Assembly: GCA_963718895.1 (NCBI GenBank)
Contig: CAVRAG010000005.1
Span: 1-24,986, forward strand
DNA from: an uncultured Nitrososphaerota archaeon
Lineage (GTDB): Archaea; Thermoproteota; Nitrososphaeria; Nitrososphaerales; Gagatemarchaeaceae
Direction: 5' to 3'
Length of the DNA: 24,986 nucleotides
Each line of letters begins with the position of its first letter. Position 1 is the stretch's first letter. A program made the translations under genes and the position numbers. Positions 1-9,690 of this stretch are shown one piece after another. The notes under the pieces are model-generated. The model had not been told where the DNA came from and made no database searches. It saw only the letters and a program-made list of their open reading frames with translations.

Positions 1-451
1 TCAAGTGATCTCTCAGTGGTCCCGATTGGACCACGTTTGTGCTGTTTCTACTAGTACTCTGATTCGCAAGCCTGATATCTGTCCGCGGGGTGGCTGAGCA
101 ATTGAACCACGTCAAGTTCCCTAGGCCCGTCGTAAAGGCCCTCGTCTGGGCATCTCCTCCTGCACCTCTGGAGGATGGGTTCGGCCTCAGGAGGTGCAGC
201 ACGTGCCGCCAGGCCAATAGGTCCAGAGCACGGAGACATTCTCTTCGGGAGTGAATGGCACCATCTCACCTGCTGGGAAGCGACTAAACAGAACATGAGC
301 ATTGGGGGGCTCCGGGAACGATGGCAGGAAGGGCTCGAACTGCAGAATCCCATCATGCTTCCAAAACCCTCGGTGTCAGAGACGAGCATATACGGGCCAA
401 AGAATCATCCGTCATTTTGATATATTGCGATGGGATGCCCTATCGTTTCAA

Positions 452-1945
452 ATGGCCATGGGCGTCGGCGACGGTGCGGGGAAGGACGAAGGAGTCAGGA
501 TTCCCTCCGAGCTGATGAGGTCCCTGAAGAGGAGTTCCAGTTCCCTCCTTATCAAGGGCACGGCCGGAACCGGGAAGACGACGCTTGCCATTAGCGTGAT
601 TGATGCTCTCGGCCTGAAAGACGACTTCCTCTTCTGCCCGCCGAGGGCTTGGGTGTCCCGGATCATCGACCGAGCACTTCCATGGCGTCGAGGATCGGCT
701 CTGCGGCCTTGACCGGACCGAGGGAGGAGGATCACGCAGACCCCCTGCTTTTAGCCGCTCTCCGTCGACGCTCGAGCCTGGATCAGCCTGCTCCCGCTCG
801 TCGGGAAGTCCCAGACCCGCTGATGGACGACCGTCCCCGCTCGTCGTGGTCAACGCCTGGAATTCCCTCTGGGAACTGCCGCCGAGCGGGCCTCTGGAAG
901 CAGCATGGGAGTCTCCTGTGTCCGTTGGTGCGGAAGAAGCCAACTCCAGGTAAATGATGACCTCCAAGGATCCAGAGGCCGTCTCTCTCGATCGCTCATC
1001 TGCGGTGCTGGTGGTGCCCGACCGGGACCGGACGAAGCTGGAGGAACTGCTGATTGGGGAGAGGCCCACGGAGATCGGTCAGCGACGTGTCCTGCGTTTT
1101 CAGTCGGGGGAGCGTCTTCCGCTCCTTCGAGCCATACAGAACCGAAGAATTCGCCTCCGCGTCGTATTCGGCTAGGCGTCGTCGGCCCAAGACAGCATCC
1201 GGCCGTTGCTCGACCGGGTTCCGTGAGCTGGATCAAGCTCTGGACGGAGGGTTCCGGGCGGGTGCGCTGGTGGGTGTCGAGCTTTCCCTTGCAGTCAACC
1301 CACGAATCGTCCTCTATCTTCTTGGAAACGTCGTCGCGGGTTTCGCCCTTTCCAACCGACCCGTCGCCATCGAATCGATTGACGGTATCGAACCGGAGTT
1401 CGTGGACGACTTCCTGAAGAGGTTGGTGCCGAGGACCAAGCTCAAGTACGTGAATCAGGAGGATACTGCGAGAGTCGAGGACACACACGCGCCACGCACT
1501 CCATTGCACACGCACACAATCCGAGTCACCTCAAAGGACAGCGAGATGCTGAAGGACCGAAGCTGCGTATCATCGGGTCCAGAGCCCTTCAAGCAGGAGA
1601 CGCGGGAATATCAGGGCTGAACTTGGAGAGCACCAGAACACCCTGCGAAAGGAGGCCGGATTGGGGTTCGTCATCCTTCGGCCCAATGAGAAGAGAGTCT
1701 CCGACTACCTCTTCGCGAACTCCGCCCTCCGGATGAGAGTGATGCTGGTGAAGGGTACGCTTCTCCTGCAGCCAGATGTTAGGTTGCCGAAGCTGCTCGC
1801 CTTCGATGTCTCTCCGGGGACTGGGACGCCCGTGCTCGACCTTCGGCCGATGAGAGTTTCAGCGAGGTCGGCACCGTCTTCGGTGAGCGCTGACGGAATC
1901 TTCCCCCAGCAGCCCCGGGACAAGACGACGGGCGAGGTCTCCTAG
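452..1945 (+). pseudogene. KaiC/RAD55/GvpD-like P-loop ATPase, split over several frames
   Basis: Walker A 'LLIKGTAGTGKTTLA' in ORF 302..712. Second-domain start 'RCSTGFRELDQALDGGFRAG', typical of RecA/KaiC-type domains, in ORF 1054..1620. Probable C-terminal piece in 1661..1945. Several frameshifts lie between the pieces (real or assembly error). Confidence 0.6.
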
Positions 1946-2004
1946 AGGGTAGCTTTTCGGACTGTTTATGAGCTGGTTTAGAACGTTTGCGAGGTCAGAG
2001 AGCG

Positions 2005-2331
2005 TTATGGGCTTGCGCAGAAGGTGAGACACGCCGACGTCTGGGAAGAGTTTGCTAAACTCACTCCGCTGGACGTCGAAGGCCGTGAGAAGCAGAACTG
2101 GACCCCGGGGTCTATAGCCCTCACTGCCCGGACGAACTCGAAACCCGACATCTTGGGCATCCTTATGTCAATCAGCAGTATGTCGTACCGTCCCTTCGCA
2201 TAGCACGAGAGCGCATCTGCGGGGTCTGTGAATGCGTCGACTTCGAACCCCTTCTTCTCGAGTCCTCGCTTTATGGAGTTCGAGATGTCGAACTCGTCAT
2301 CCACAACGAGGATCTTCGGATTGCTCTGCAA
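2005..2331 (-). CDS. Single-domain response regulator (receiver)
   Basis: 'KILVVDDE', phosphoacceptor 'LLIDIRMPKMSG'. A one-base shift near 2090 restores 'LTAFD...LLRKPITLSDL' (conserved T and KP), so the true 3' end lies beyond 2005. Confidence 0.9.
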   Translation of the reverse strand: MQSNPKILVVDDEFDISNSIKRGLEKKGFEVDAFTDPADALSCYAKGRYDILLIDIRMPKMSGFEFVRAVRAIDPGVQFCFSRPSTSSGVSLANSSQTSACLTFCASP

Positions 2332-2436
2332 CTCATCCTTCGCGGCCTCGCAGGACTCTTTAACCTTTCTTGGACGCAGACCGCGTGTGCGGGTTCAGGG
2401 AGCAGCTCAGGACCGAGGCTGCATCGGGACCGAGAG

Positions 2437-4326
2437 TCAGGAGCCAGAGTCCATGCCGTGCTTGACCTGAGGATGGAGAGGGAGGGTGAAGTAGAAGCTC
2501 GACCCGCCCCCGTTGTCGTTGTTGCGGGCCCACATCCTGCCACCATGGGCCTCCACGACCTTCTTGGAGATGAAGAGCCCGAGACCAGTGCCCGAGGATG
2601 AGTTAGTAGCGAACTTGCTAAAGAGATTCGGCATTATCTCGCTGCTGATTCCCGCGCCGTTGTCCTTTACGGTGACCAGTACTTCGTCACCCTTCTTCTC
2701 CGTCGAGACGCTCACTCGGCCTCCCGGGCCCGAGAACTTCTCTGCGTTGGACAGAAGGTTCGAGATCACCTCACTTATCTTGCTTGCGTCCGCATCGAGG
2801 AGGAGTTCAGGTGATTCTGGGTGGAATGTCACCTCGATTCGGTTCTTATCGGATGAATCGTCCTTCACAGCGCCCAAGTCCTCGATCTCCCTTATGGCGT
2901 CCTTCACCAGGGCGTTGAGGTCGAAGGTCTCCCTCGACAGCGTGAGGGTGTTCGTCTCGATTCTCGAGGCGCTGAGGATGTCGTCGGTGAGCTTTTTCAG
3001 TCTCTTCGCGTTTCTGAAAATCGAATCGACAGCCAGTCTGACGTCGCTCTCCTCGACCTTCCCGGCACTCGCCGAGGTCGAGGTCGGTGAGACGCCCATG
3101 ACGGTTGAGGGTGAGGCTCCTTCAAGGATCTCGGCGTACCCGACGATGCTCTGTGTCGGAGTGCGCAGCTCGTGCGCCGCTATGTTTACGAAGTCTGTCT
3201 GAGCCTTGGCATAGGCTGAGAGCCGTTCGTTTGCGGCCACGAGGTCGGCTGTCCTCGTCTTCACGGTGTCGTCCAGCCTCCTGTTCCACCCGAGCAAAAT
3301 GACACCGGCCGCGGCCGAGAGGCCGGCGATCCCGACTATCAGGAAAAGACCGAGAACCCGCTCTTGTGAGATGAGCGCCGCGTCACTTCCCGCCAGGACG
3401 TCGGGGGTGACGAGGTAGATCACGCCAAACTGGCGGGCGGCGCTCCCGTCCGATCCTGTTATGAAGACCGGTTGGTACGCCACCGTTATGTTCGATCCGC
3501 TCACCGAGATCTCCGACACCCCCGACTGCCCGAGCAACGACTTGTTCAAGATGGAGTCGAGCGGCGCTTTGAGGTACTGCGGCAGTTCGGATTGAATCTC
3601 GGGTCCGAAGATGTTCAGGCCGATGTCGGAACTGTTTCCCGAGTAGAGGATCACGCCTGTCGGGTCCACCATGCCAATGGAGCTTCCCGTCGATGTCGAG
3701 AGTTCGCCCTTTATGAAATCCCCGAGCGAAGACAGGTCTATCGCAGCCCCGACGACCCCCTCGAACTCTCGGGAGGCGTACCCCCCGGCCGACTGGTCGA
3801 CGTAGACTGGATAGGATACGAAGACGTGCGACAAGCTGGTGTTGATGAGCGACTGTGTCGCGCTACTGTAGTACGCGGCTCCCGCCTCCTTCGCACCCGT
3901 GAAGTAGGCCCGCTGAGTGTAGTTCTGCCCCGCGTACGAGGCAACGCTAAGCGACGTCCCGTTGCTAAGCAGGATCAGGTCTCCGTTGCCAGTGTCCCAG
4001 AAGTACTCGGCGGTCAGCTTTTTGCTGGAGTTCTGTGCGGCATTGAAGAGAGCGGCCGCGGCAGTTGTGTTGTGAGCCTGCACTTGGGGCGAAGCCGCGA
4101 TTATTTCAAGGTTATTCGCGATGGCTTGCAATTCACCGACTAGAAAGCCGCTTGTATCGTGAGCCTGGACCTGCGCCGTCACCTGTATGTCCTGCACCGC
4201 CGCGAGTTCTATCCTCTGTGAGGTGTACGTCGAATACTGATAGGAGATCAACAAGGACACCGCAGCGACGGCCACAATCGCTATCAGGGGAATCGTTCGG
4301 GTAGCCCGCTGGCTGGTCAGGCGCAA
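2437..4326 (-). CDS. Membrane sensor histidine kinase (Cache-like extracellular domain, HisKA, HATPase_c)
   Basis: Two TM segments flank a large loop. H-box 'AAHELRTP', N-box 'NLLSNAEKF', G1 'VKDNGAGI', F-box 'LFSKF', G2 'GTGLGLFISK'. Confidence 0.95.
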   Translation of the reverse strand: MRLTSQRATRTIPLIAIVAVAAVSLLISYQYSTYTSQRIELAAVQDIQVTAQVQAHDTSGFLVGELQAIANNLEIIAASPQVQAHNTTAAAALFNAAQNSSKKLTAEYFWDTGNGDLILLSNGTSLSVASYAGQNYTQRAYFTGAKEAGAAYYSSATQSLINTSLSHVFVSYPVYVDQSAGGYASREFEGVVGAAIDLSSLGDFIKGELSTSTGSSIGMVDPTGVILYSGNSSDIGLNIFGPEIQSELPQYLKAPLDSILNKSLLGQSGVSEISVSGSNITVAYQPVFITGSDGSAARQFGVIYLVTPDVLAGSDAALISQERVLGLFLIVGIAGLSAAAGVILLGWNRRLDDTVKTRTADLVAANERLSAYAKAQTDFVNIAAHELRTPTQSIVGYAEILEGASPSTVMGVSPTSTSASAGKVEESDVRLAVDSIFRNAKRLKKLTDDILSASRIETNTLTLSRETFDLNALVKDAIREIEDLGAVKDDSSDKNRIEVTFHPESPELLLDADASKISEVISNLLSNAEKFSGPGGRVSVSTEKKGDEVLVTVKDNGAGISSEIMPNLFSKFATNSSSGTGLGLFISKKVVEAHGGRMWARNNDNGGGSSFYFTLPLHPQVKHGMDSGS

Positions 4327-4523
4327 GGATACGAGTCAGAGCGACTGCAATCGCAATATGGTTTAAACTTATGGAACAATCCTCTCCTAATCGGCGGGGA
4401 CGGATCGGCGGGGCGATCCCAAGCGCCGAGCGTGACCGCAGAGTCTGAATCTTCTGTATCCGAAGGCCATAAGACGCGACGGTTACACATAACAGGTGAC
4501 GGTCGTCCCCGTACTCGAGGGAC

Positions 4524-4841
4524 TTGGCGACCAAACAAGAAAGCAGACGGGAGGACTACGACGAGGCTTTGAGAGAGCTGAAGGAGGAGTTTGAGGAGAG
4601 GCTCTCTGAGATGGAGGGGAGGCTCTCCAAATCTCTGAACACCGAGAGGAGAACCATGGGCAAGGAGCAGGAGACCATGAAGGAGCTGAAGCGCAGGTTC
4701 GGCGCCGTGGGAGACAGGATGAGCGATGGCATTGACCGAGCCGACGACATGGTGAAGGACCATCCAGTTCTGGTCGTCGGTGGCGCCCTTGCCGTGGGGA
4801 TGGCACTGGGAGCCCTGCTCATCGGCAGAAGCCGGGATTAG
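4524..4841 (+). CDS. DUF883/YqjD/ElaB-like tail-anchored protein
   Basis: Charged helical N-terminus, then 'DMVKDHPVLVVGGALAVGMALGALLIGRSR', which matches the YqjD/ElaB C-terminal pattern. Confidence 0.65.
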   Translation: MATKQESRREDYDEALRELKEEFEERLSEMEGRLSKSLNTERRTMGKEQETMKELKRRFGAVGDRMSDGIDRADDMVKDHPVLVVGGALAVGMALGALLIGRSRD

Positions 4842-5144
4842 TTGTCGATTCTCGAGCAGCTCGAGGACTGGGTTCTCTCCGAGGCCGAGTTGACCCTCGG
4901 CAGCTACGGCAGGAGGCTGGAGTCCGATCTCGAACACTATGCCGACAGGCTTGTTGCAAGAATCCTGAGAGTCCTGGCGCTGGGAGCGGCCGCAGTCACG
5001 TTATTGACTGTGGGCTCGGTCTTCGTGCTCCTTGGAACGGTGGAGTACCTGAGTAGTGTCGTGACCGGGCCTCTCGCCTGGGGCCTCGTGGGTCTCGGCT
5101 CAGGGGCACTCGGAGTGCTGCTGCTCCTCCTGGCACGTAGGTAG
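4842..5144 (+). CDS. Two-TM membrane protein, YqjE/phage-holin-family-like
   Basis: Abuts the YqjD-like gene; two hydrophobic helices and a basic C-terminus (RR). Confidence 0.5.
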   Translation: MSILEQLEDWVLSEAELTLGSYGRRLESDLEHYADRLVARILRVLALGAAAVTLLTVGSVFVLLGTVEYLSSVVTGPLAWGLVGLGSGALGVLLLLLARR

Positions 5145-5210
5145 ACGAACAGCTAGCCCGGTGGGGTTTTAGAATTGCGCCGCCCGATGAGGCGCCGCGG
5201 GTGAGCTTGC

Positions 5211-6383
5211 ATGGCGTATGAGATAATCTTCCAAGTACTCCTGGTGCTGGCCTTCGCCGTCTTCACCGGGGAGGTGTTCGAACAGTTCAGGCTTCCGTCT
5301 GTGGCGGGGGAGCTTCTGAGCGGGGTGATCCTCGGCCCGACAGTCCTGGGAGTGGTCTCGTCGAACGACCAACTCCAGGCAATATCCGAGTTCTCGCTGT
5401 TCTTCATCATCTTTCTCATCGGGTTCGAGATGAACACCGAGACGCTCAAGAGGCACATGAGACACGCGGCGCTCTTGACGGTCACCTCCTTCGTGGTTCC
5501 CCTGGGGGTCTCGTTCTCCGTCGCCGGGTTCCTTCTCCCCTTCGGGCTAACCCCCGATTTCGTGGTGGCGCTCGCCCTGGCCGTGCCGTCGATCTCGATA
5601 ATCTCGGTGCTCGTGATGCAGTACAACATGATCGAGAAGGAGTCCGGAAGGATAATCATCTCGTCTGTCGCCGTGACCGACATCCTCGCGTTCATTGTTC
5701 TGGTCGCGGTCTCGAGCTCCATCCCCAACACCGCCGAGGTGGTCGTCGAGACGGCCCTGTTCATCGTGGCTTTCGTCCTTGTCGACTGGGTCCTGAACTA
5801 CAGACCGAAGATGGTCAGGGGGTTCCTGGGAAGGGTCGGAGGCTGGGCGAAGAGGGAGGACATCGCCTACGCCGCGCTGATTGTGGTGGGTCTCGCGGTC
5901 GCCGCAATCTTCCAGGCGATCGGCCTGAGCTACATAATCGGGGCCTTTTTCGCGGGGCTGATAGTCCACGATGGGTTGATAGGCCGGAAGGCCTTCCAGG
6001 AGGTTTCCCATACCTTCGCGTGGATGAACAGGGCTCTGTTCATCCCGTTCTTCTTCGGGTTTGCGGGGCTCGAGGCTGACCTCACCTCCTCGAGCTACGG
6101 GCTTCTCCCGGTTCTAGCTGTCGTCACCGCAGTCATGTTGGTTCCTGCGGTCGCCCTGACCTACTATGGGGCGAAGAGCCTGTTCAAGGTCAAGGAGGAG
6201 GGAGGGCCAAAGAGGATCGCGCTGACCCTCGGAGGGAGGGGCGCCGTGGGGATTGTGGTGGCCTCTGTGGCCCTGGCCAGTAACGTCATAGACGGAACGG
6301 CGTACTCGCTCATCGTGATCGGCACGCTCGCGGTCTCGCTTCTCGTGCCCCTGCTGCTGGGCAGGAAGGGCGAGGAGGATTGA
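5211..6383 (+). CDS. Cation:proton antiporter (CPA2 / Na_H_Exchanger family)
   Basis: 'LPSVAGELLSGVILGPTVLG', 'FLIGFEM', 'AVTDILA', 'IIGAFFAGL', 'FIPFFFGFAGL', 'GGRGAVGIV'; about 12 hydrophobic helices. Confidence 0.92.
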   Translation: MAYEIIFQVLLVLAFAVFTGEVFEQFRLPSVAGELLSGVILGPTVLGVVSSNDQLQAISEFSLFFIIFLIGFEMNTETLKRHMRHAALLTVTSFVVPLGVSFSVAGFLLPFGLTPDFVVALALAVPSISIISVLVMQYNMIEKESGRIIISSVAVTDILAFIVLVAVSSSIPNTAEVVVETALFIVAFVLVDWVLNYRPKMVRGFLGRVGGWAKREDIAYAALIVVGLAVAAIFQAIGLSYIIGAFFAGLIVHDGLIGRKAFQEVSHTFAWMNRALFIPFFFGFAGLEADLTSSSYGLLPVLAVVTAVMLVPAVALTYYGAKSLFKVKEEGGPKRIALTLGGRGAVGIVVASVALASNVIDGTAYSLIVIGTLAVSLLVPLLLGRKGEED

Positions 6384-6453
6384 TGAGGGGACCTCTCCAG
6401 ATTGTTGAGCCTGCGGACGCGGTCAAATACCCGGGTCGCCCGAAGGTGCCGGC

Positions 6454-6563
6454 GGGCCCGTAGCTTAGTTCCCGAAAGGGAGAGAACTCAGGTAGAGCAT
6501 CGGGCTTTTAACCCGAGGGTCAGGATGATACCCCCTAAACGGGTTCGATTCCCGTCGGGCCCG
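6454..6563 (+). tRNA. tRNA-Lys(UUU) with two non-canonical introns (~6469-6487 in the D-loop; 6522-6538 at the variable loop/T-stem junction)
   Basis: Acceptor stem GGGCCCG/CGGGCCC, D-stem GCTT/GAGC, anticodon stem TCGGG/CCCGA with loop CTTTTAA (TTT at 6507-6509), T-arm ACGGG-TTCGATT-CCCGT, discriminator G. Removing the two inserts gives a standard cloverleaf. Confidence 0.92.
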
Positions 6564-6568
6564 CCTCC
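6549..6568 (+). repeat. att site, left copy (TTCCCGTCGGGCCCGCCTCC)
   Basis: 3' end of tRNA-Lys plus 5 downstream bases; identical to 15438-15457. Confidence 0.9.
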
Positions 6569-6616
6569 CCCCGAGTCCGATACCAGCCGTTAAATGCGGA
6601 AAATGTCCCCAAGGAC

Positions 6617-7950
6617 ATGAGCGGAAAGCACGGACGTAGGTCGTCGAAGTACACCCACCTGCTGGAGTCCGACGCGACCTTTAGGGCGTGGAACGCCAAC
6701 GTCCTGAGGGCGTCGCACAACACGGGCTCGGCCTACTTCCTACGCATGGGTCGACTTTGCGACGAGCTCTGCCTCCTCAGCCCGGTCAGAGATAGCGGCG
6801 ATGAACAAGACGGAGCTGATGACCTTCATCTCGAACGTCATATCGCAGCTGGAGGAGCAGGGAGTGACCGGGGTCACAATTACCTTCTACGTCAAGGCCA
6901 TAAAGTCCTGGGCGAGGTTCAACGGCAAGAAGCTGGACGAGAAGGTGAACATCCCGGAGAGCGAGAACAGCTACTCTGAGGAGGTCGTGCCCAAGCCTGA
7001 GGAGGTCCGCACGCTTCTGGACCACTCGTCTCTGAGGGTCAAGGTCGCGGTGGTACTGATGGCGTTCGCAGGGCTGCGGCCCGCGACGATTGGGGACTCC
7101 CGGGGCACGGACGGGTTGAAGGTGAAGGATCTGCCTGAGATGGAGGTCATGGATGGGAAGGTGACGTTCCCGAAGGTCCCGACGCTGATCACCGTGAGGA
7201 AGAAGATCTCCGAAGATCCGCAAGCCCTACGACACGTTCGCCCCGGCCGAGGCCTGCGACTACATCCGACAGTACCTCGAGGACAGGATAAGGATGGGCG
7301 AGGTGATTACTCCGGAGTCGGCGATAGTGACGGTGAGCGAGTTCAACGCCAGGACGGCGACCAGCGGCGACTGCTACTTCAAGAAGCCCTATGGGGAACA
7401 CATGAGCACCTCCAAGGTAAGAAGGATGGTAAGGTTCGCCATCCGGGAGTCTGGCTTCGGGTGGAGGCCGTACGTGCTGAGGCGCTACTTCGACACGAGG
7501 ATGATGCTCGGGGAGGCGGACGGCCTGATAATACCCGACTGGAGGAGCTTCTGGATGGGGCACGCTGGGAACATCGAGTTCGTCTACACCCTGAGGAAGG
7601 GCTTGGACGAGGAGACAATCGAGAAGATGCGGGGCGCCTACCTGAAGGGGGCGAACAGGTACCTCTGCACGAGCGAAGGAGCACACGAGGAGGACGTGAC
7701 AACCAAAATCCGCAAGCAGCTCCTCCTGACTGTCCTTACGCCAGATGAGATAGAAAAGGTGCATGTTGACGAGAAGACGGATGAAGAGGTGATCGGGCTC
7801 CTCCGCCAGCGGCTCATCGAGGTAACCTTCAACCAGGGCCTGAAGCAGAAGATTGTCGCTGCCTCTGAGGTCGAGGAGTGGCTGGGCAAGGGGTGGACGT
7901 GGAAGGGGAACCTCGGAGACGGGAGGGCAGTCCTGGAGCCGGCGACCTAG
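6617..7950 (+). CDS. Tyrosine recombinase / site-specific integrase (two apparent frameshifts, ~6785 and ~7210)
   Basis: Joined from ORFs 6617.., 6801.. and 7294..7950. Catalytic motifs 'AFAGLRPATI' (R), 'RPYVLRRYFDT' (Y in place of H in HxxR), 'FWMGH' and 'EFVYT' (Y). Adjacent to the tRNA att site. Confidence 0.88.
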
Positions 7951-8154
7951 CTCCGCGTGGGCCAGTCTCTGCCAGACCCTGCAGTTCGCAAGGTACTCCT
8001 CGGGCGTGACCTCGTCGGGCTGGGAGAGTATGTCGTCGCGAAGAGTGCCCTTGGGGAGCTTCTCGAGCGCGAACCTCTTCAGCCCAGTGAGGTTCACCTT
8101 TCGGCCGACGGAGGTTGACTGCATGTCAGTCTGGTTCTGGTTAGGATTTAACAC
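7947..8154 (-). CDS. Small hypothetical protein convergent with the integrase
   Basis: The first ~68 aa of ORF 7189..8154 ('VNLTGLKRFALEKLPKGTLRDDILSQPDEVTPEEYLANCRVWQRL') look protein-like. The rest is antisense to the integrase. A one-base shift near 7960 would end it at the TAG in CTAG 7947-7950. Confidence 0.45.
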
Positions 8155-8214
8155 GGGTCGGCCGTAGTTTCGCGAGAATCAGCTTATATCGGCAGGGCTT
8201 AAATAGGTCGCCAC

Positions 8215-8232
8215 TTACCTACATATAGGTAA
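8215..8232. promoter_or_regulatory. Inverted repeat TTACCTA-CATA-TAGGTAA, candidate operator of the TA operon
   Basis: Perfect 7-bp arms between a TTAAATA box (8199-8205) and the start at 8264. Confidence 0.55.
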
Positions 8233-8263
8233 CCGAGGATAAAGATGAACTTTACCGATATAG

Positions 8264-8884
8264 ATGCGTGGTCTGATGGCCGATAGAAGGGGACTGATCA
8301 GAGAGAGGGTTCTACGCGTACTCCTGAACAACCCATCGGGCACACTGTCAAGGTACAGGATAGCCAAGGAGTGTGGAGGGTCGTACCCCTGGGTCCATGA
8401 ACTCCTTGGAAAGCTGGAGCGCGAGGGCCTGCTCGAAGGGACGAGGGTGAAGGACTTCAAGGGACTGGTGACGCACTGGCAGAAGTGGCGGGTCGAGCCT
8501 GGACGGAGGGATTACATGCTGAGAAAGCCGTTCGAAGTGCTCGGGCGGACCGACCTCAGGTACGCGCTGACGACGTATCAAGCCGAGAACCTCGTGCAGG
8601 ACTATCTCTTCCCCTCCAGAATCGATTTCTACATCGAGCCGATCGACCTCCCGAGGTGGCACAGCCTTCTCACGAAGGACGGGCTCGTCGGAAAGGGAAA
8701 CACCCGGGTGCTGATCGGGGACACCCAGGTCTTCTACGGGGCCTCGGAGAGGAGCGGCCTTAATATCGTCTCAATCCCTCAGCTGATAGTTGACCTGCTC
8801 ACCGAAGGCGGCGTGTGCGTCGAGGCGGCAGAGATGTTGATCGAGAAGGAGGCGAAGAAGATTGTCTCTCTACCAAGACTATGA
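8264..8884 (+). CDS. AbiEi-like type IV antitoxin (N-terminal wHTH plus C-terminal domain)
   Basis: HTH 'LSRYRIAKECGGSYPWVHELLGKLEREGLL'; C-terminal 'YALTTYQAEN...IDFYI...VSIPQLIVDLL...EAAEML'; overlaps the downstream nucleotidyltransferase gene. Confidence 0.7.
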   Translation: MRGLMADRRGLIRERVLRVLLNNPSGTLSRYRIAKECGGSYPWVHELLGKLEREGLLEGTRVKDFKGLVTHWQKWRVEPGRRDYMLRKPFEVLGRTDLRYALTTYQAENLVQDYLFPSRIDFYIEPIDLPRWHSLLTKDGLVGKGNTRVLIGDTQVFYGASERSGLNIVSIPQLIVDLLTEGGVCVEAAEMLIEKEAKKIVSLPRL

Positions 8885-9656
8885 AGTCCAGGTATCCCAG
8901 TCGCAGCTCTCCAAGGTTCTCGCTGAGCTAGGAGGCCAGGTCTGCCTTCTTGGAGGATGGGCCGTCTATCTCACGGTGAATGAGAACTTCAGGGGTTCGG
9001 AGGGGCGAAATTTCATGGGTTCCAGGGACATCGACCTGGGCTTTCACATGGATCCTAGCTGGACAGATGGGGAACTCAAGGGCTCCGTCTTCGCCAGGAC
9101 CGTAGCGAGAATCGAGCAGGTCGGCTTCAGGCCGCTCAGCTTCCGGTTCGTGAAGCGTTTCCACACGGAGACGAGGAGGGAGCTGTCGGAGGAGGAGGCG
9201 AAGAGGGTGAACCAGTTGTTCATCTTCGACATGTACATCGACCCGATAGTGGACGTCATCCATCCGCGAGCGAAACAGGTACTCGGATTCGTACCGGTCG
9301 ACGAGCCGCTGCTCTCGCAGGTCTTCGCCGGGAAGTTGTTCGTCAGCCGAGAGGAGTTCGGAGCGAAGCTGATGCTGCCAACAGCAGCCGTGCTTCTTGC
9401 AACCAAGCTCAATTCCGTCTCGAACAGGGACAAGGAGCACAAGAGGATCAAGGACATCGCCGATATCTACGGTCTCATGTGGTATTCTGACGACGAGCTT
9501 GGTGACCTGAGAACGGAGCTGTTCGCAATGATCGGTAGGGAGAAAGTTGCCTCCGTCTTGTCTTCCTTCAGAGAGGAAGATTACTCCGCAGTCGCGAGGA
9601 ACCTCGGAACCGAGAAGATTCAAGTCTCAAATGCATTATCGGAACTGAAGAGCTAG
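8862..9656 (+). CDS. AbiEii-like nucleotidyltransferase toxin
   Basis: 'CLLGGWAV', 'GSRDIDL', 'LLATKL', 'KDIADIY' are the hallmark motifs of AbiEii-type Pol-beta-superfamily NTases. Confidence 0.8.
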   Translation: MSLYQDYEVQVSQSQLSKVLAELGGQVCLLGGWAVYLTVNENFRGSEGRNFMGSRDIDLGFHMDPSWTDGELKGSVFARTVARIEQVGFRPLSFRFVKRFHTETRRELSEEEAKRVNQLFIFDMYIDPIVDVIHPRAKQVLGFVPVDEPLLSQVFAGKLFVSREEFGAKLMLPTAAVLLATKLNSVSNRDKEHKRIKDIADIYGLMWYSDDELGDLRTELFAMIGREKVASVLSSFREEDYSAVARNLGTEKIQVSNALSELKS

Positions 9657-9690
9657 TTAGTACCTGAACGAAGAGCGCACGTGGATCGAC

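Noticed and set aside
51-420. Short ORFs at the window start
   Set aside because: No recognisable motifs, and overlapping candidates on both strands; no call can be supported.
452-1945. Gas vesicle or circadian clock locus
   Set aside because: No gvpA-type or kaiB genes nearby; the similarity is only to the general KaiC/GvpD ATPase fold.
7189-7946. 321-aa antisense protein overlapping the integrase
   Set aside because: This part is the reverse-strand shadow of a GC-rich coding sequence; only the non-overlapping N-terminal ~68 aa look real.
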